Below are positions 55,817 through 64,000 of a stretch of 64,000 nt of DNA, one piece after another. A program made the position numbers and the translations under genes. Under the pieces are notes generated by a model. The model saw nothing but the letters and a program-made list of their open reading frames with translations, ran no database searches and was not told where the DNA came from. Source of the stretch: Amoebidium appalachense (Eukaryota > Protista > Ichthyosporea); contig CAVNZM010000002.1 of the NCBI GenBank assembly GCA_963693365.1, forward strand, positions 2,682,259 through 2,746,258, given 5' to 3'. Numbering within the stretch: position 1 is the first letter of the stretch; each line of letters starts with the position of its first letter.

Positions 55817-56343
55817 GCATCCCCCCCCCCCCCCCCCCAAAAAAAAAAAAAACCTTTCCATCCAGTCCCCCAAACCCCAATTCCTACCCCCCCCCCCTTC
55901 ACACACACACACACGCAAACCTCCCAACCCCCCTCGCCCTCCCTTCCACCACCCCACGCACCCAAAGCTTGCCCTCTGCACCCCCCCCCCCCCCCCCCCC
56001 CCCCCATCCGTCCACCCAGAAACGCACACACACACGCGTACGTACCCTCTGCTCAGCATCTCATCTGCCTCATCCAGGATCAGCAGCTTGATGGACCTAG
56101 TGCGCAGGTTGCGCCTCTTGATCATGTCAAACACACGCCCGGGGGTACCCGACACTGAGTGCTGGCCATAGTCCAGCTTGCGAATGTCCTCCCCAACACT
56201 GGTGCCTCCGATGCATGCGTGGCACTGAACATTCATGTAGTCTCCAAGCGCTAGAACCACCTAGAAAGAAATGGATGTGGGGGTAGGTTAGATTGTGCGT
56301 GGAGAGAAGGAGGAAGGTGTTGGAGAGAGAGGAGGAGGGGGGG

Positions 56344-56434
<91 letters not shown>

Positions 56435-56571
56435 GTGTGCGCACCACAGGAGCGCAAGCTGAAGAAGTTGCGCTTCTTGTGTGTATGTGTGCATGCGTGC
56501 ATGTGTATGCGTGTGTGTGTGTGTGGGTGTGCGTGGAGCGTGGGGGAAAAGAATGCGGGCTCCTCTGTCTC

Positions 56572-56627
<56 letters not shown>

Positions 56628-57165
56628 TGCGTGCGTGCGCGTGCAGGCCGGCCCCAGGTGTGTACACGTGCATGTGTGCGCACAACCCGAAAAACACAAC
56701 ACGGACTCTACTGCAATGCCTATGGTTCATGGAGCAAGACAAAGAACATGTGCTCCTGTGTACGTGAACGCATATGCATGTGCACACATAAATGTGTCCA
56801 CCCCCGTGAGCTTTCAGGTATGCCTGGTGTGCACTTCCAAGCAGTTGCACATGTGTGTGTGTGTGTGTATGTTTGGTGTGTGTCTTGTGTGTGTGTGTGC
56901 ACGCGCGCCTGTGCGTGTGTGTACGTGCATCTGCAAGCATCCATGCACATATGGGTATGCCATGTTAACTCACATGCATGCTGATGCGTCCACAACCCCG
57001 CAGAGTCAAGTTTTAATGAACATGTGCATGTGCATGCTACTAACACAGTTCAACACTTCCCCACACAAAGGTACCTGCACACCCTTACGTACAAACAACT
57101 GTCATGCTCACCATTTGACAGAAACACATTCTTTACAGCCACATACTGACAACTAGATGCCTGCA

Positions 57166-57231
<66 letters not shown>

Positions 57232-58780
57232 ATACCTCATCATTGGGAGTAGGGACGTGCAGGTCAAGGCAGCACCCACAAACACGCACAAAAACACACT
57301 ACAAACAGTGCCGTTAACACGTACAAACACCTCTGTCAACAATACCATCCGCATCTCCCACTTGCACTTGCACACAAAGTAAACATACACACTCTTGCAC
57401 GTGCCCACACAAACGCTCCTGCAACCGAGATGCAACAACATTCGTCACGCAAAGTGCTTGTCCAAGCCCAACACCCACACACGCGCATGTTCATGCGCAG
57501 CATTACCTTCTGAATCTGCTGGGCCAGCTCTCTTGTTGGGGAAAGAACCAGCACCTGAGGTTCCCTCAGGGCCGTGTCGATGGTCTCCAGCGTCACCATG
57601 GCAATCGTTGCCGTCTTGCCCGTACCAGACTGTGCTCTGCTCGCACGTGCCCAAGGTTCAGATGTGTGTGATTGACAAGAGGAGATGGTGCAACCAAATG
57701 CATCCACTGGTTTCTTTCATTCCTATGTGTTAGAAAAGGTCTTTTTAGAGTAGAGAACCACCCTTCTTTGCACAGAGAGTGCGCTATGCCAAGAGAGACA
57801 AACGTGCTAAATGTAGCAACAAGTCCTATTAGTGCGGTGTTCTCTTTCTCTATCTTCCCCTTCCCCTTTACTTCTGGCAGATGATCTTCCAGGGTAAAGG
57901 ACACTACCCCAAAGAATCTAGCGTGACAGCAAAACCAGCTGTGAAGTGCGGAAAAAGACAGAAGAAGAATAGGAAACATGGCACACATACTGTGCAATAA
58001 CGTCACGGCCACTGATGATGGGCATGATGGCACGCTGCTGGATGGCTGACGGCCTCTCAAAGCCTGCAAGCAGGAGCGATAAGTAAAAGCTAGGATTCAC
58101 TAGCGTTCAAGCTCTCGTATTAATAGGCCCCCACACTCGGAAAAACAGATAACAATTGGGGAGAGAAGAGAACGTGCTAAGCATACTCTTACATCCGGCT
58201 AAACCATCTCGATATGACAGGATGACAAAGCACGACGAAACTGAGCGGGAAGAACTGTGTTTTTGCACTACCTTTGCACCTTACTTTTTGCCTCTGGTGA
58301 AACTAACAATCAGAAAGCAGATGTGTGTGTGTGGGGGGGGGGGGGGGGGGGGAGGGGGGAGGGCGGATGAGGACAGAGGCGGGGGGTGAGGGAGGTTAGG
58401 GAACCGGTACAGAGACAAGCACACCTAAGCACAAACCAAGTGTGTGGTGCACACACAGAAGGTATATGAACACGGGGGAGGAGGAGTGGGCGGGAGAGAG
58501 AAAGAGAAATAGAAAGAGAGAGGATAGAGAACTGACCATATGCGTAGATGCCGCGCACCAAATCCTCCCTGAAGCCCATCTGGTCGAACGTAGCAATGAC
58601 ATCCACGCCTGCGCTTGTCTCGAAGACAATCTTGTCATCGTTCGAATTCAAGTTGTTGTTCCTCCTCTCCCCTCTCCTGTCCCCTCCCTCCTCCTCCCCG
58701 TTCTCCCTGTCCCTGTTCTCCCTCCGTGGGCCCCTGTCACCACCCCTCTCGCCCCTCTCACCACGCTCACGGTGCGCCAT
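52979..58780 (-). CDS. EIF4A3: DEAD-box helicase eIF4A-III (exon junction complex core), about 436 aa, 9 exons
   Basis: Exons 58780-58537, 58063-57991, 57636-57507, 56260-56046, 55481-55202, 54977-54862, 54183-54076, 53483-53356, 52995-52979. Motifs [34 protein letters not shown]. eIF4A3-specific peptides [44 protein letters not shown] and terminal MPMNVADLI*. Confidence 0.96.
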
Positions 58781-59094
58781 GGTTGCGTTTGTGTGTTCTG
58801 TGAAAGGAAAACGAAAAAAAGCTACCGCTATTTAGTAGCTTGAACAACTACCGATGTTTGTGCCTTGCTCAAGTTACCGGCGAGCAATAACCACTACACT
58901 CTCGGGTAGTTAACAGCTGGAAGAACTAAGCTAATCCTTGCGATTTTCGCCCTACTTCTTCGTGGCCTAGGGTGGTGGTTTCGGGAACAAGGGAAAAATT
59001 TCGGTCTTCGTTTTCTGGCCGGTGATCGATGGCGCCAAAATTTGCCGGCATCCATGTGGACAGAAACAAATAAACGCTAGAGGCGTTTAAAACT

Positions 59095-59150
59095 TTCATT
59101 GGCGTATGATGATTGGTTACCTATTGCTAACCTGCTCCTGATGACGTCAC
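59095..59150 (-). promoter_or_regulatory. Candidate eIF4A3 promoter elements (two CCAAT boxes, one CRE)
   Basis: ATTGG twice and TGACGTCA about 320-370 bp upstream of the ATG in microsatellite-free sequence. Motif match only. Confidence 0.3.
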
Positions 59151-59669
59151 AAAGGTATTTGCAAACATCTCAGATGATGAGTCGCCATGCAGCGGCCGGC
59201 GGAGCAAAAAAACAAGAGCCTCTCTAAACATGCTGACCATGCATATGTCACTATCCGGGTGAATGGGTAGATTGCTTTACGAGATAGTAATGGCAAATGC
59301 TACGACGATCAGCCATGACGGGCGAAGCCCCGTATCACGGTGCACCGCAAAACCGGGGGAAGACTGGGGGGAAGGGGGGGGGAGGGGGGGGGGGGGGGGG
59401 GGGGAGGGGGTACTTTATCACTACCATGAAGATTTCTCATAGGTCATAGGCTAAGAACTGTAATTACGTAAACCATCTGTAATTTTCCTATAGGCAGAGC
59501 GTGCTTGAAACCCTATCACAGGAGCAACACCCATTGTAAGCCAGTAAAGCTAGGAAGCAAACAACACATGGCTGTCATTCTACGTTGTATTCATGTGACC
59601 GATCTTTACAACGTCCCCACACCCTCAAACCACCCCCCCACCCCCAAAACACACACACGCACAGACGCA

Positions 59670-59751
<82 letters not shown>

Positions 59752-61356
59752 ACCCCTTCCACGTGTGGGACAACACTGCATACTTTTAACTCCTTAACCC
59801 CCTTAGTCCCGATGGCAGGCATTCATTTCAACCCTGGTGACACCCGCGCACACTTCCACTTAGGCCTGCAAAGTTGGCCTGCACCCACCCACCCACAATA
59901 TCTGATGTGCACGGCTGTCCAGCAATTGTCTTTGAAAACTGTCCCATCCACCATTCTTAGACACACTTGGCCTACGATTTCGCTGTGGTGCTGGCTCAGC
60001 ACGTAGTAAGACTCTAAGTTGACCTGTTGTGTGATTGACATCGACATCCACGTAATGTGGAGACGGTCATACACCCTTGCAAACAGAACGGATGTATCTA
60101 TACATCTTACGCATGCATATGGTGTAGTGTGTGTGGCCATGTATTGTGAATGCGGTCATGGGCATGTTCATGGCCATCAGAATGACCACCACATGCAATG
60201 CACCGTGCACGTTTTGTTAGCTAAATCGAGCCTTCCTTTACCCTCGAGTTGAGCCCTTCTGCATGCAGCCTGGTACTTTGTGTAGCCCTGCTCAACCATG
60301 AAGTCAAACGCAGAGACGCGCAGGCAGCCCCTCTGTTTTGGGGGTTTTTAAATTTTGCGAGTTACGCTGCATAGCACAGAAAAACCCCTGTTTGTTGTCT
60401 ATCAGCTGGCACACGTACACATATCGTAAAGTATGCGCGCCCCCCCAGCCCCCCCCCCCCATCCCAAGGGCCTGCTCCGCCACTCCTCGAGCTCCCCCCT
60501 CCCTCCCGTTTCGACTCACTCTCACTCAGTGGCAGATCACGTACGTGTCACTACATGTGTGTATGTACATATGTGCGTGTGCGCCTATGTACATGCGTGT
60601 GTGCATGTGCACGTATGTGTTTGTGGGTGTGAACATATATGTGCGTGTGCACTGTTCTTTTCACCGAGGGGGCTGAATCATGACACAAAAGATGAGAGGC
60701 AACATTCAAATAGGAATAACTCGTTCATTATAATATGAGGGGATCATATCACACTTTTCTTGGCCGTTCAGTATTGGCAAGGTCAACAACTTGCGCACAC
60801 TATATTCATGCATACACACGTAAAAAAGGTGTACATACCACAATGCCATATTAGCTACTTTCGAAATGCTGCCGGGCTGCGGCAACCGGCTCAGACCCAC
60901 CTCTAATGCAACACAAGCAAAATCTTAGCCAACAGACTAAGACCTAGATTACAAAACAACTGGAGATGTCTGGTGTTTCATACACTTCATATTCCGTACA
61001 CTCACTGACATGCACAGCGCTAACATCAAACATGTGGCCGGGCACAACATGCTGGCTAGAGCTACTCAGACATATCGAACTCACCATTATTGTCCGCCTA
61101 CAACTACGTATACTGCTGCAACTTAATCATTACACAGTCAGAGCATTTACCGAAGCACCCTTAGACTAGCTATAGGTTTAGGGGTTTGCCACGCTCCATT
61201 TAGTGACCCAACTGCAGTCACCTTCTTGAATGAAAAGTGGGAGGGGGAAAAAAAAAAAGAGATATGCATTCATGCACACCGCTTCACCTTTGCCCATACG
61301 TTCTCGTTGACGCAATACACATATACACGTCATTCTCCAACAACATGAGGTCAATT

Positions 61357-61396
61357 CAAGGCCTCCTAAATACCACGTGGTATTTAGGAGGCCTTG
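61357..61396. mobile_element. 40-bp perfect palindrome with 8-bp direct repeat: DNA-transposon (P/hAT-type) remnant or excision footprint
   Basis: CAAGGCCTCCTAAATACCAC|GTGGTATTTAGGAGGCCTTG flanked by GGTCAATT at 61349-61356 and 61397-61404. Confidence 0.75.
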
Positions 61397-61678
61397 GGTC
61401 AATTAAGAAACATTTTTGTTCAACCCAGGCTAAAATCATCATACTACTACACACAACATAGGTGTACTAGGCTATGTATCATTCAATGTCATGTGTCACC
61501 CGTGGTGTTAATTAGCTATAAGTGGTGTGTATGTGTGTATCTTTGAAATACATGCCGAGGGTGTGCCACTGTGTTATATAAGCCGGACTCTCTGTCTCCA
61601 AATCTTCCCTAATTGAAAATTCAATCACCCACCCCCTTGTATGTACCGTAAGATGGCGCCGTCGGAGTGGACTCCCAC

Positions 61679-63438
<1,760 letters not shown>

Positions 63439-63557
63439 CTGCAATAGAGGGCAATGTCAGACAGTGCCCCCCTCCCTCCCCCTCCCCCCCCCACACACAC
63501 CCCCACACACACTCATACACACTTGTCCCCCTCCCCCCCCCCCACCTCCCACCCCCT

Positions 63558-63588
<31 letters not shown>

Positions 63589-64000
63589 ACCACCTCTCTC
63601 GCGCACTCTCTTCCCCTCTCCCTTTTGACCATCCCTCCCTTCTTTCGCTTCCCCCCACATCCCTTCCTTATCCCCCCCTCCCCCCCCCCTCCCCCCCCCC
63701 CTCCCCCCCCCCCCCCCTCTCTCTCAAGACAACACAGAAAACTACAGCTCTAAAATCTGGGGGCGAAGAAGAGATAACACAGCAAATGGATCTCAAGCCC
63801 ATTTTATCCCACATGTCTCCTCCCCCCCCCCCTCCCCCCTCCCCCTCGTTCCCCCCACTCCTTCCCCTCTGTCACACTGTCGGGACTCGGCCAGACAACT
63901 TGAAACAACCCTTCCCCCACCCCAAAAGAACGGCATTCAGATCTAAAAAGGGGGGAAACCGATATATGGGGTGGGAGAGGGGGGGGGGAGGGGGGGGGGG

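Noticed and set aside
59794-59812. piggyBac-like end TTAACCCCCTTAGTCCC
   Set aside because: No matching inverted partner found in the window.

Overview
Eukaryotic, intron-rich genomic DNA. The gene content (Cbl with TKB+RING, HAUS1, eIF4A3) suggests a unicellular holozoan; this is inference only. Introns are saturated with poly-G/poly-C tracts and (CA)n/(GA)n microsatellites, so almost all entries in the supplied ORF track are spurious. I spliced exons by hand (GT-AG junctions, phase checked at each) and obtained these genes: a SLIRP-like single-RRM gene (- strand, runs off the left edge); a 17-exon Cbl E3 ligase (-); a 13-exon proline-rich protein with two WH2+C modules and an acidic-Trp terminus (+, candidate non-canonical Arp2/3 activator); HAUS1 (-, one apparent homopolymer frameshift); an intronless C2H2 zinc-finger gene (+); a cAMP-receptor-like 7TM GPCR (-); eIF4A3 (-); and the 3' end of an unknown basic protein (-). 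Non-genic highlights are a dispersed non-coding element in about 10 copies that share one end fixed against a poly-C tract, are variably truncated at the other end and lie sense to their host genes; polarised C(n)A(m) compound homopolymers; (GT)n...(AC)n-bracketed introns; two TA-flanked MITEs; and a 40-bp perfect palindrome with an 8-bp direct repeat that resembles a P-element excision footprint.
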